This document shows, one piece after another, positions 37,091 through 45,738 of a DNA stretch of 64,000 nt. The position numbers were made by a program, and so were the translations under genes. Source of the DNA: Ornatilinea sp. (GTDB lineage Bacteria; Chloroflexota; Anaerolineae; Anaerolineales; Anaerolineaceae). The stretch spans positions 8,259-72,258 of the forward strand of contig JAHDQE010000090.1 of the NCBI GenBank assembly GCA_018433975.1, read 5' to 3'. The notes under the pieces are model-generated. The model was not told the DNA's origin. It saw only the letters and a program-made list of their open reading frames with translations, and searched no databases. The first letter of the stretch is position 1; every line of letters starts with the position of its first letter.

Positions 37091-37804
37091 TCATCCTTCA
37101 GAATCCAGCCGGGATACCAGCTCGGGAAGCAGGCTGATACACTCCAGTTCGAACAGCCTGCTGTTCCCCAGCTCGGGATGGTCTTCTACCGTCTCATGCG
37201 CCCAGGTGATGTGATAAGGAATGTGAACCCCGTAACCGCCTAATTCAACCACCGGTAAAACATCCGACTTGAGCGAGTTGCCAATCATCAGAAAACGCCG
37301 TGGATCAATATGATACTTTTCCAATAGATTCTGATACGTTTTTCTATTCTTAGCACTGACCACCTCGAAATAGTGGAAGTGCTGCTCTAAACCGGAACGC
37401 TCTAGCTTAATTTCCTGGTCTAGCAGGTCCCCTTTTGTAAGCACCATCAGCGGATAGGATTCCGAAAGACTGACCACAACTTCTCGTACATCTTCAAGCA
37501 GTTGCACCTCATTGGCGAGCATTCCTCTGGCGAAGCCAACAATTTTTTCAATTTCTCTGCCAGAAATCTTTCCAGCAGAAAGATCAATTGCGGTTTCAAT
37601 CAAAGAGAGCGTAAAACTCTTGATGCCATATCCGTAAAGCGGCAGGTTTTTCATCTCTTTTTCAAAAAGCTGCCGGTCAATCGTCTCCTGATCAGCATAA
37701 GCGGACAGCAGTTCCTTAAAGCGGTCCTCCACACTGTGGTAAAGAATCTCATTGTGCCACAATGTATCATCCGCATCAAAAGCAATCAAATCAAAATTTT
37801 TCAT
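37091..37804 (-). CDS. HAD-superfamily hydrolase
   Basis: Motif I FDADDTLWHN, motif II LTKGD, motif IV MIGNSLKSDV. Confidence 0.75.
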   Translation of the reverse strand: MKNFDLIAFDADDTLWHNEILYHSVEDRFKELLSAYADQETIDRQLFEKEMKNLPLYGYGIKSFTLSLIETAIDLSAGKISGREIEKIVGFARGMLANEVQLLEDVREVVVSLSESYPLMVLTKGDLLDQEIKLERSGLEQHFHYFEVVSAKNRKTYQNLLEKYHIDPRRFLMIGNSLKSDVLPVVELGGYGVHIPYHITWAHETVEDHPELGNSRLFELECISLLPELVSRLDSEG

Positions 37805-37854
37805 GTAAAGACACCCGACAAAATCAATCTTACCAATTTCCAGAAAGAACTTTT

Positions 37855-38637
37855 TTAGTCAATTAAAGTTGCCAGATCCTCCGCAATCAGGTCAGGTTGA
37901 GGCTGCCATTTTTCGGCCTCCTCACGGGCAGAGATCCCGGTCAAAACCAGTGCTGTATGACATCCGGCGGCCTGTCCCGCGGCAATATCTGTGTTAAGAC
38001 GGTCACCAATCACCAGCGCTTCATTGGGCAGCACATCCAATTTATCGAGCGCCATTTCCATCATTGCCGGGAAAGGTTTTCCGATAATATCGGGATGGAC
38101 TCCAGAACAGGCTTCCATGATCGCCAGCACGCCCCCTGTGCCGATGGAAGGGCCATCCGGGGTTGGATAAAGCAGATCCGGATTGGTACCAATGAACGGT
38201 GCTCCATTCAGCAGCAAACGCACTGCGCGCACCATCATGTCATAAGTAAAGTTTTTATCCATACCGGATACAACCGCCAGAACATCCTGCTCGGCATGAT
38301 AAAAACCTTGCTCTTCCAGCGCGGCACGCAACCCAACCTCACCGACCATATACACCGGTCCGCCCTTTGGGAACCGGTGATGAAGAGCATAAGCTGTCGC
38401 AATCGACGAAGTGATAACCTGCTCCGCTTCCGCAGCCACTCCCATGCGGCGAAGTTTATCCCGATAGGCTTCCGGTGTGCTCATCGTATTGTTTGTAGCA
38501 TACATAACCTTTAAACCACGTTCATTAATACGCCGAAAAATTGATGGCAGATCGCCAATTGGATCATTGTGACGGTACAGTACGCCATCCATATCCAGGA
38601 TCAAAGCTTTGATGGGAGATTGAAGTTGATCAAGCAT
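37855..38637 (-). CDS. HAD-IIA hydrolase (NagD/sugar-phosphatase-like)
   Basis: LILDMDGVLY, YATNNTMSTP, GKPFPAMM, VIGDRLNTDI. Confidence 0.8.
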   Translation of the reverse strand: MLDQLQSPIKALILDMDGVLYRHNDPIGDLPSIFRRINERGLKVMYATNNTMSTPEAYRDKLRRMGVAAEAEQVITSSIATAYALHHRFPKGGPVYMVGEVGLRAALEEQGFYHAEQDVLAVVSGMDKNFTYDMMVRAVRLLLNGAPFIGTNPDLLYPTPDGPSIGTGGVLAIMEACSGVHPDIIGKPFPAMMEMALDKLDVLPNEALVIGDRLNTDIAAGQAAGCHTALVLTGISAREEAEKWQPQPDLIAEDLATLID

Positions 38638-38800
38638 AATAGCAGGGTATTCCTCCTGAAAGAAATTTTCCTAATTATAAGCCAAATATTTAGGAAGTCC
38701 TGCCGCGTAAGGAACAAATGTCCCTGTCCAGTCCAGATTCCGCCCCGGAAAATCAACATAAGCTCAAACCCAATATCAAAACAAGCCTGTAGAAGCATTG

Positions 38801-38809
38801 TGCTACAAT
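38801..38809 (+). promoter_or_regulatory. Candidate extended -10 promoter element for the DEAD-box helicase gene
   Basis: TGCTACAAT (TGn + TACAAT). No convincing -35. It would give a 5' leader of roughly 120 nt before the ATG at 38938. Confidence 0.3.
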
Positions 38810-38937
38810 AGAATCAGATTATTTTCGATATCTTTAAACTGATGATTCAACACAAGCCCACAAATCACTGGCCTTTTCGATCATCCGAGTCTGAGATGAA
38901 TTTTTAGATTTTATATTGCTTAAAAATTGGAGATTTT

Positions 38938-40464
38938 ATGGATTCACCCGAAACAAACCCAACAAATGAAATAAGCGGAAATGGAAAAGCTCCGGATTCC
39001 GCACAAGCCTCCCCTGGGACTGCCCCACAGGATAAATTACCCGAAGCCACACTGGCGGATTTGCCTGAAAAATTGCGTAAAGGAGCTACTGCTGCCGGTT
39101 GGACAGAACTGATGCCCGTTCAGGCCAAAGCGATCCCCTATCTCTTCTCCCAGCGCGATATGATGATCCAGTCTCGGACAGGCAGTGGCAAAACAGGTGC
39201 TTATCTGTTACCGCTGTTAGAAATGATCAACCCTCTTGAACAAAGCACTCAGGCATTGATTTTAGTACCTACCCGCGAGCTGGCACGTCAGGTAGCCACC
39301 GAAGCCGAGATATTAGGACGTGCCACTGGTGTACGCTGTGTGGCCGTCTATGGGGGCGTAGGATATCGGGAGCAATTGGACGCTTTCAAGGCCGGAGCAC
39401 ACCTGGTGGTCGGTACACCCGGACGTGTACTGGATCACTTGCTTCGCCGCTCTTTAACACTTGAAAAACTGAAATTTCTGGTATTTGATGAAGCCGACCG
39501 TATGCTTTCGATGGGCTTCTACCCCGATATGCGCCGGGTGCAGGCGTATTTGCCGGAGAAAAAAGTCAGCACCTATATGTTTTCTGCGACCTTCCCTCCC
39601 GCGGTCATCAGGCTGTCAGGGCAATTCATGGACCACCCCGGTTTTATGAACTTAAGCAGTGACCATGTGTATGTAACCGAAACAGAGCATGTCTATTACA
39701 CTGTTCCGGGCATGGATAAAGACCGCAGCCTGGTTCGAATTATCGAGGTTGAAAATCCCCTTTCCGCGTTGATTTTTTGCAACACTAAGGTCCGGGTAAA
39801 TTATGTGACCGTGGTGCTCCAACGCTTTGGATACGACGCGGATGATCTGACCTCCGACTTGTCTCAGACGGCACGCGAAAAGGTAATGAAGCGTGTTCGC
39901 CAGGGAAAATTACGCTTTCTGGTCGCGACAGATGTGGCTGCGCGTGGGATTGATCTGCCCGAGCTTTCACATGTCATTCAATACGAGCCGCCCGAAGACC
40001 ATGAAGCTTATATTCATCGTGCCGGACGCACCGGACGGGCCGGTGCAAGCGGAACGGCCATCACACTGGTCAATGCACTCGAACGGACGGACCTGATGCG
40101 GATTGGCAGGCAGTTTAATATTAACTTCCAGGAACGAACTCTGCCCACGGATGAAGATGTAGAACAGATTGTTTCCGAACGGATCATCACCCTGCTGGAA
40201 GCACGCCTGCGAGGCCGGGACCGGCTGCAAGCAGAACGAATGCAGCGATTCTTACCCCTGGCACGCAGTCTGGGTGAAGACGAAGAATCCAACAACCTGA
40301 TGGCCATGCTGCTGGATGATTTCTACCAGAATACTTTCCATGAACCGGTCGTACCACCGGAAGCAGAAGAGGCTCCCTCTCCCCGAAAGGCTTCTTCATC
40401 CTCACGCAAAAGCAGCCGTCGCCAGCGTGGTAGCCGGCAGCACAGCAAACGCAGTTCACGTTAA
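38938..40464 (+). CDS. DEAD-box ATP-dependent RNA helicase with a Ser/Arg/Lys-rich C-terminal tail
   Basis: Q-motif region GWTELMPVQ. Motif I SRTGSGKTGAY, Ia PTRELA, II FDEADRM, III SAT, VI HRAGRTGRAG. Tail: PRKASSSSRKSSRRQRGSRQHSKRSSR. Confidence 0.9.
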   Translation: MDSPETNPTNEISGNGKAPDSAQASPGTAPQDKLPEATLADLPEKLRKGATAAGWTELMPVQAKAIPYLFSQRDMMIQSRTGSGKTGAYLLPLLEMINPLEQSTQALILVPTRELARQVATEAEILGRATGVRCVAVYGGVGYREQLDAFKAGAHLVVGTPGRVLDHLLRRSLTLEKLKFLVFDEADRMLSMGFYPDMRRVQAYLPEKKVSTYMFSATFPPAVIRLSGQFMDHPGFMNLSSDHVYVTETEHVYYTVPGMDKDRSLVRIIEVENPLSALIFCNTKVRVNYVTVVLQRFGYDADDLTSDLSQTAREKVMKRVRQGKLRFLVATDVAARGIDLPELSHVIQYEPPEDHEAYIHRAGRTGRAGASGTAITLVNALERTDLMRIGRQFNINFQERTLPTDEDVEQIVSERIITLLEARLRGRDRLQAERMQRFLPLARSLGEDEESNNLMAMLLDDFYQNTFHEPVVPPEAEEAPSPRKASSSSRKSSRRQRGSRQHSKRSSR

Positions 40465-40508
40465 ATTTTTGTGGCATATCATTAAAATATTTCAGGAGCA
40501 CAAGCAAT

Positions 40509-41159
40509 ATGTCAAAACGTCTTCTTCTTGTCGCAGGAAATATTGGCTCTGGGAAAACTTCTCTGACAGAGCGAATCGGAGAGCGATTGGGTTATCGAAC
40601 GGCTTATGAATCCGTCTCCGACAATCCTTATCTATCGGATTTTTATATTGATATGAAAAAATGGTCATTCCATTTGCAAGTTTTCTTCCTGGGACACCGC
40701 GCAGAGCAGCATCTGGAACTATGGAATGATCCACGGTCCGCAATTATCGATCGCAGCATTTATGAAGACGCGTACATCTTTGCGCGGGCATTGAACCACA
40801 TGGGAAACCTTTCTGAAATTGATTATCTCTCTTACAAAAAAGTATTTGACCTGATCGTCAAAGGGCTGCCTGAACCGGACCTGCTGGTATACCTGAAAGC
40901 CCCGGTCCCTGTACTGATGGAGCGGATTCGAAAGCGCGCCCGCAATATGGAAACGGGAATAAGCCAGGATTATTTGCTGCTTCTGGAAAGTTTTTATGAT
41001 GATTGGATGACAAATTTTGATTTATGTCCGGTCCTGACAATTAAAACAGATGACCTGGATTTTGTTCACCGTCCCCAACATCTGGATATCGTTGTTGATC
41101 GGATTCAAGATAAGTTATCCGGAAAAGAGGAAGTTATTTTTCCCAAAAACGGAGAATAA
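40509..41159 (+). CDS. Deoxynucleoside kinase
   Basis: P-loop GNIGSGKTSL, YLSDFY, IIDRSIYEDAYIFA, and an RKRAR lid-like segment. Confidence 0.85.
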   Translation: MSKRLLLVAGNIGSGKTSLTERIGERLGYRTAYESVSDNPYLSDFYIDMKKWSFHLQVFFLGHRAEQHLELWNDPRSAIIDRSIYEDAYIFARALNHMGNLSEIDYLSYKKVFDLIVKGLPEPDLLVYLKAPVPVLMERIRKRARNMETGISQDYLLLLESFYDDWMTNFDLCPVLTIKTDDLDFVHRPQHLDIVVDRIQDKLSGKEEVIFPKNGE

Positions 41160-41184
41160 CCTGTTCTGCCAATATTAAATGATC

Positions 41185-41216
41185 AAGCCGGGCAATGCAG
41201 GCCCGGCTTCTTTTTA
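41185..41216. terminator. Bidirectional intrinsic terminator between convergent genes
   Basis: 9-bp stem, aagccgggc (41185-41193) / gcccggctt (41201-41209), with a 7-nt loop. T-run ctttttat lies downstream and an A-rich run upstream. Confidence 0.65.
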
Positions 41217-41231
41217 TCTGCCTGACAGGGG

Positions 41232-41600
41232 CTATTTCGCATTCGGATCGGATTCCATCGCTCCAAACTGGTGTCCATCCGGATCCAGAAAATACACCAA
41301 CCAGCCAACACCGGGTATACCCATTCTTTCTGTAAGCAGCTTACCGCCATTGACCTTGATTTTTTCAATGACATCATCTAAAGAAGGTACGTCAATTGTG
41401 TTAACCACTGTGTCAGAGGGTTTCTCTTTTAGCATGATCGCTCCATCAATACCCTGCTCCCCCTCCGGCCCCGTACTGGTAAGCCAGTAGTCTTGCGGTC
41501 CTTCCCATTTCTGGAATTTCCAGCCAAACACTTTTCCGTAAAATCCCATAGAAGCTTCAGGGTCTTCCGCAGGAATTTCAAAATGGATTACTTTAGCCAT
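41232..41600 (-). CDS. VOC-family (glyoxalase/bleomycin-resistance fold) protein
   Basis: MAKVIHFEIPAEDPEASMGFYGKVFGWKF... and GVGWLVYFLDPDGHQFG are typical of the betaalphabetabetabeta VOC module. Confidence 0.7.
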   Translation of the reverse strand: MAKVIHFEIPAEDPEASMGFYGKVFGWKFQKWEGPQDYWLTSTGPEGEQGIDGAIMLKEKPSDTVVNTIDVPSLDDVIEKIKVNGGKLLTERMGIPGVGWLVYFLDPDGHQFGAMESDPNAK

Positions 41601-41758
41601 TTCACGTTCCTTTCTCTATCTTGTACTTAGAACAATTATTCTATACACAGAATATCCGTTTCCTCTCAAACAAAAAAGGATCTGTACAATCTTTTTATCC
41701 TTTTCAGATTACAATAAGTTAATCGGCAAAACACAAAACAAAGATGAAGCTTATTTTT

Positions 41759-41784
41759 TGCAACTTTAACAATCTGTTTGCGTA
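41759..41784 (+). promoter_or_regulatory. Candidate ECF-type promoter (TGCAAC-N16-CGTA)
   Basis: tgcaac (41759-41764), a 16-nt spacer, then cgta (41781-41784). This resembles the AAC-N16/17-CGT architecture of autoregulated ECF promoters. It sits immediately upstream of the sigma factor gene. Confidence 0.35.
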
Positions 41785-41790
41785 TATAGA

Positions 41791-42408
41791 ATGAGAAAAT
41801 CAATACTGGGAGACGTTGTGAGCAACCAGGAAACTGACTGGCTTATAGAGGTTCGACAGGGCGATGATGCAGCATTTGCTTGCCTGGTAGAAAAATACCA
41901 GAGGCCGGTCTATAACCTGTGTTACCGGATGCTCGGAGACAGCCTGGAAGCAGAAGATGCCGCTCAAGAAGCATTTTGGAAGGCTTACCAGGCTATCCAT
42001 CGTTATGACCCAAACCGTTCTTTTGCCACCTGGTTGCTTTCCATTGCCGCCCATTATTGTATCGACCTGCAGCGAAAACGGAGATTGCCCAGCTTTTCCA
42101 TGGAGCTTGTTCCGGAAGACAGCATCCCGGGTTCAGCACCTGACCCGGAGAAAGTTGCCACCCAAACAGAACAAGAGGCAAAAATTCAAAAAGTTCTGGA
42201 ACAACTCAAACCCCAGGATCGGGCTGCCATTATCCTTCGCTATTGGTATGAATTATCGGATGAGGAAATTGGAAATATGCTTTCATTATCTGTGAGTGCC
42301 GTGAAGAGCAGATTATTTCGAGCGAGAAAGAAATTGGCCGAAATCTGGTTAGACGAGGAACAATCCATCAACTCGGAAAGGAAACACTATGAATCACCAG
42401 CCTTTTGA
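41791..42408 (+). CDS. ECF (group 4) RNA polymerase sigma factor (true start may be GTG 41818)
   Basis: Region 2: YQRPVYNLCYRMLGDSLEAEDAAQEAFWKAY. Region 4: YELSDEEIGNMLSLSVSAVKSRLFRARKKL. A GGGAGA SD precedes the in-frame GTG at 41818. Confidence 0.85.
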   Translation: MRKSILGDVVSNQETDWLIEVRQGDDAAFACLVEKYQRPVYNLCYRMLGDSLEAEDAAQEAFWKAYQAIHRYDPNRSFATWLLSIAAHYCIDLQRKRRLPSFSMELVPEDSIPGSAPDPEKVATQTEQEAKIQKVLEQLKPQDRAAIILRYWYELSDEEIGNMLSLSVSAVKSRLFRARKKLAEIWLDEEQSINSERKHYESPAF

Positions 42409-42925
42409 GAACTGGATCTTTGAAGAAAGACCCCTGCCCCCAGATCAGGAACAAAACCTGAATCAACATTTGGAAGAATGCAAAACTTGCAAGGCTTCTC
42501 AACATGCCTGGTTGTCTTTGCAGGAAGAAATGAAACATTCGGAAATGGTTTCGCCAATTCCCGGCTTCAGCCAGCGCTGGTTAATCAGTTTGACGGAACG
42601 CCGCCTACGCGAACAAAGAAGACAGGCGAAAAAGTTTGTCCTGTTCCTCCTAGGTGCCGCTTCCCTATCTCTGATCCTCCTGATCGGGTTGATGATAATG
42701 GACCAATCACCGCTAGAATGGGTCATTGGAAGCCTTCACACCATCGCGCTGGTCACAATCCGGTTCAAACAAATTCAACTGGTAATCTATTCAATCCTGA
42801 AATCCCTTCCACCTTTTGTACCGGTTATTGCCTGGGTGGTTTTCATACTGCCATTGGGTCTGTTGAGCATAACATGGATAGGAGCATTGTGGCGTATTTC
42901 AATGCAAGGAGTGAGTGAAAAATGA
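42389..42925 (+). CDS. Zinc-binding (ZAS, HxxxCxxC) transmembrane anti-sigma factor
   Basis: HLEECKTCK motif and TM FVLFLLGAASLSLILLIGLMIM, plus further hydrophobic segments. Overlaps the sigma gene by 20 nt. Confidence 0.75.
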   Translation: MNHQPFENWIFEERPLPPDQEQNLNQHLEECKTCKASQHAWLSLQEEMKHSEMVSPIPGFSQRWLISLTERRLREQRRQAKKFVLFLLGAASLSLILLIGLMIMDQSPLEWVIGSLHTIALVTIRFKQIQLVIYSILKSLPPFVPVIAWVVFILPLGLLSITWIGALWRISMQGVSEK

Positions 42926-44109
42926 AATCATTGTGGAAAATGTTGGTCTTACTGATGGTCCTTTCAGTCATTGTGGCCTTTCCGGCTCAAGTATCTGCCC
43001 AGCCCATTGATGTACCTCAACCGCAGGATTCCTCGGATGGAAAAGTTGTGTTCGGTGGGTTCTACCGGTTAGAAAGCGGTAACACATTGAACGGCGGTCT
43101 CGTTATTTTTGGTGGACAGGGAGTTCTTGAAGAGGATTCAACGGTCAACGGCGATGTACTTCTGACAGGCGGTTCACTGAACGTAGCCGGAGAAATCACA
43201 GGAGATTTGGTCGCCGTTGGCGGATCTGTTGACCTTGGAGATCATGCCATCATTCGGGGGGATGTTACCACAATTGGAGCGGCCATAAACAGGTCTGATG
43301 GTGCTGTTGTTGAAGGCACCTTTTCCTTTGAAATGCCTGGTAATATCGACTTTGGGGATGCTCCACAATTATTGATTCCTGAATTTAATTTTTCACCTTT
43401 CTCATACTTCTCAGAAATGTGGAGAGGGTTTCAGCCCATTCGGGATATTTTATGGAAAGGGTTCCAGACATTGGCACTGGCAACTCTGGCAGCCATACTC
43501 TTCCTTTTCCTGCAAGGCCCCACCGAACGGGTAGCGAAGACTCTGGTCACGCAGCCCCTGGTCAGCGGCGGGTTGGGAGTGTTGACCATATTTGTCGTTC
43601 CGGCGCTTTCCCTTGTATTGATTCTCACGCTTATCCTGAGCCCACTTGGAATCCTTGGATTAATAGGGACTGGACTGGCTGTACTGTTTGGATGGATCGC
43701 AATAGGTTATGAAGTCGGTCTTCGGGTTTCGACCCTGGTCAAACAAAACTGGGCACCGCCCATTACCGCAGGCATCGGTACGCTGACGTTATCCATCCTG
43801 TCCAGCATCATCAGTTCAATTCCGTGCATTGGATGGGTTCTACCCGCATTGATTGCGATGATTGGATTGGGGGCTGTGATGATCAGCCGATTTGGGACAC
43901 AGGTCTATGCTCCAAAACAGGTTCAGAGGCCTGCACCACCGGTAAGCCCGGCACCGACTTCTACAGACTTTGAAAGCAATGGAGAACAAAATCTGCTCAA
44001 TGCGTTGGCAACCGAAAACCCGAAAGAATCAAAAGGATCTTTTGAAGAAAAACAAGCGGATTCCGCTTCATCTCCAGACGAATATTCTCCCGATGAAGAT
44101 CAAGATTAA
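42922..44109 (+). CDS. Signal-peptide-bearing membrane protein with a bactofilin-like (polymer-forming, beta-helical) repeat domain
   Basis: Signal peptide: MKSLWKMLVLLMVLSVIVAFPAQVSAQ. Repeats: VNGDVLLTGGSLNVAGEITGDLVAVGGSVDLGDHAIIRGDVTTIGAAINRSDGAVVEG. These are followed by about 5 TM helices and an acidic tail. ATGA overlap with the anti-sigma gene. Confidence 0.6.
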   Translation: MKSLWKMLVLLMVLSVIVAFPAQVSAQPIDVPQPQDSSDGKVVFGGFYRLESGNTLNGGLVIFGGQGVLEEDSTVNGDVLLTGGSLNVAGEITGDLVAVGGSVDLGDHAIIRGDVTTIGAAINRSDGAVVEGTFSFEMPGNIDFGDAPQLLIPEFNFSPFSYFSEMWRGFQPIRDILWKGFQTLALATLAAILFLFLQGPTERVAKTLVTQPLVSGGLGVLTIFVVPALSLVLILTLILSPLGILGLIGTGLAVLFGWIAIGYEVGLRVSTLVKQNWAPPITAGIGTLTLSILSSIISSIPCIGWVLPALIAMIGLGAVMISRFGTQVYAPKQVQRPAPPVSPAPTSTDFESNGEQNLLNALATENPKESKGSFEEKQADSASSPDEYSPDEDQD

Positions 44110-44171
44110 GATCTTGGGTGGTTTGAATAGATCACTCCACCTATCAATAACATGATTTGGAGGAACCCGGA

Positions 44172-45026
44172 ATGAAGAAAACTATCCTGATTGTATTCGG
44201 CACACTGATCCTGCTATCCCTGGCCTGCACGATAAACCTGCCCGTTGTGGAAATCCAGCCGGAAGACACTCAAACCATGGAAATAGCCGTAGAACCCCCA
44301 AACACGGATTCTCCAATTGACCTCTCCATCGCAATGGGCGCAGGGAAGCTTAACATTCAAAATGGCACAAAAAAATTGATTGAGGGCACCATTAGCTATA
44401 ACATACCACAATGGCAGCCAACCATTGAACAGGATGGCAATTCAATCCGGTTAACACAGTCCGTTGAAGAATTCAACCTGACCAAATTGCCAATGGGAGA
44501 ATATCAGAATCAATGGGATCTGAAACTCGGCTCTCAGCCCATAAATTTTGAACTTCAGGCAGGAGCATACGATGGAACGCTGGACTTTAGCGGTATCCCG
44601 GTAACCGATCTCACCATTTCTGATGGCGCAAGCAGTGCTAAAGTCATTTTTGGAACACCTAATCCGGCAAAAATGGACCAACTTTCTTACAAAACGGGCG
44701 CTTCTAATGTCAAGCTGGAAGGGCTGTCTAACGCAAACTTTGACCTCATGACTTTTGTGGGAGGTGCCGGGAGCTATATGCTCGACTTTTCCGGAAGCCT
44801 CCAACAAGAAGCTCTGGTAGAGATCGAAAGTGGTGTAAGTACCCTTGAAATTATCATTCCGGAAGGACTTAACAGTGAAATCATCATCTCGGGCGACCTG
44901 ATTGACACTTCTACAAAAGGGGTCTGGAGTGTGGAAGATGATACGTATCGAACGCAAAATCCCGGCCCCTTGCTGACCATTCAGGTCAAAACCAATATCG
45001 GTAGCCTCAAGTTGGTCCACGAATAA
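44172..45026 (+). CDS. Secreted toast-rack (DUF2154/LiaF-C-terminal-like) beta-sheet repeat protein
   Basis: Start moved to ATG 44172, with a GGAGG 8 nt upstream; the track start is a TTG inside the SD. Signal peptide MKKTILIVFGTLILLSLAC. Repetitive strands: LQAGAYDGTLDFSG..LTISDGASSAKVIF..LEGLSNANFDLMTFVGGAGSYMLDFSG..IESGVSTLEIIIPEG. Confidence 0.55.
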   Translation: MKKTILIVFGTLILLSLACTINLPVVEIQPEDTQTMEIAVEPPNTDSPIDLSIAMGAGKLNIQNGTKKLIEGTISYNIPQWQPTIEQDGNSIRLTQSVEEFNLTKLPMGEYQNQWDLKLGSQPINFELQAGAYDGTLDFSGIPVTDLTISDGASSAKVIFGTPNPAKMDQLSYKTGASNVKLEGLSNANFDLMTFVGGAGSYMLDFSGSLQQEALVEIESGVSTLEIIIPEGLNSEIIISGDLIDTSTKGVWSVEDDTYRTQNPGPLLTIQVKTNIGSLKLVHE

Positions 45027-45040
45027 TTCCAACAATCAAA

Positions 45041-45078
45041 AAAAGGCCCGGTTCGCTTTCACATTCCGGGCCTTTTTT
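45041..45078. terminator. Bidirectional intrinsic terminator
   Basis: 11-bp stem, aaaaggcccgg (45041-45051) / ccgggcctttt (45066-45076), lying between convergent genes. Confidence 0.65.
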
Positions 45079-45095
45079 GGTTTAACACAGACAAT

Positions 45096-45692
45096 TTACC
45101 GATAATAGCGCTTCTTTTGAATAAGCTTATAGACATCTTCAAGGAGATAATACCGAAAAATTCTGCCGGAAGATATTCTTTCTCGAATTTCACGCGAGGA
45201 GATCTCTAATAACGGGGCCTCAACAAACCTTATTTTTTTCGCAATATCCGGATTTGAGTTCTTCACAATCTCAACATTGATCTCGTCCCCGGGGCGGCGC
45301 ATTACCCCCAATTCCGAGCATTCTTCCACAAACTTTTCCGACTCATACCAGATGGGCAAATCACGCAAAGAATCTCCACCCATTAAATATATAATTTCGT
45401 CATCCGTGTATTGTTCTTTCAACAATCTGACCGTGTCCAGAGCATAATGCGGTCCGGGGCGATCCATATCCACCCGCGAAATTTCAAATTCATCCGCTTT
45501 GCTTAATGCCGTTTGCAACAGCTCCAACCGCACTTCAACCGGTGAAATAACCTGAATCCTTTTGTGTGGAGGAGATGCTGTGAGGACCCACAACACTTTA
45601 TCGAGATTAAGCTGGTCACAGGCCTCAGAGGCAAGAATCATGTGACCCAAATGAGGTGGGTCAAAAGTACCACCAAACACGCCAATTCGCAT
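45096..45692 (-). CDS. nadD: Nicotinate-nucleotide adenylyltransferase
   Basis: MRIGVFGGTFDPPHLGHM (HxGH motif) and EISSREIRERI (ISST-like motif). Confidence 0.9.
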   Translation of the reverse strand: MRIGVFGGTFDPPHLGHMILASEACDQLNLDKVLWVLTASPPHKRIQVISPVEVRLELLQTALSKADEFEISRVDMDRPGPHYALDTVRLLKEQYTDDEIIYLMGGDSLRDLPIWYESEKFVEECSELGVMRRPGDEINVEIVKNSNPDIAKKIRFVEAPLLEISSREIRERISSGRIFRYYLLEDVYKLIQKKRYYR

Positions 45693-45738
45693 GAATTTTC
45701 TTTCCTGTTCTTCCTATAATACAACGAACGTTAAAAGA

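Noticed and set aside
37897-38514. 205-aa plus-strand ORF opposite the HAD-IIA gene
   Set aside because: The minus-strand frame shows complete HAD-IIA motifs. The plus-strand product is Arg/His/Cys-rich nonsense typical of antisense frames.
42478-42918. 146-aa alternative-frame ORF within the anti-sigma gene
   Set aside because: It is on the same strand in a different frame. The annotated frame has the HxxxCxxC ZAS motif, TM helices and ATGA coupling to the next gene.
44451-45035. 194-aa antisense ORF opposite the toast-rack gene
   Set aside because: It would run through the shared terminator and has no SD. The sense gene has a signal peptide, a GGAGG RBS and internal repeats.
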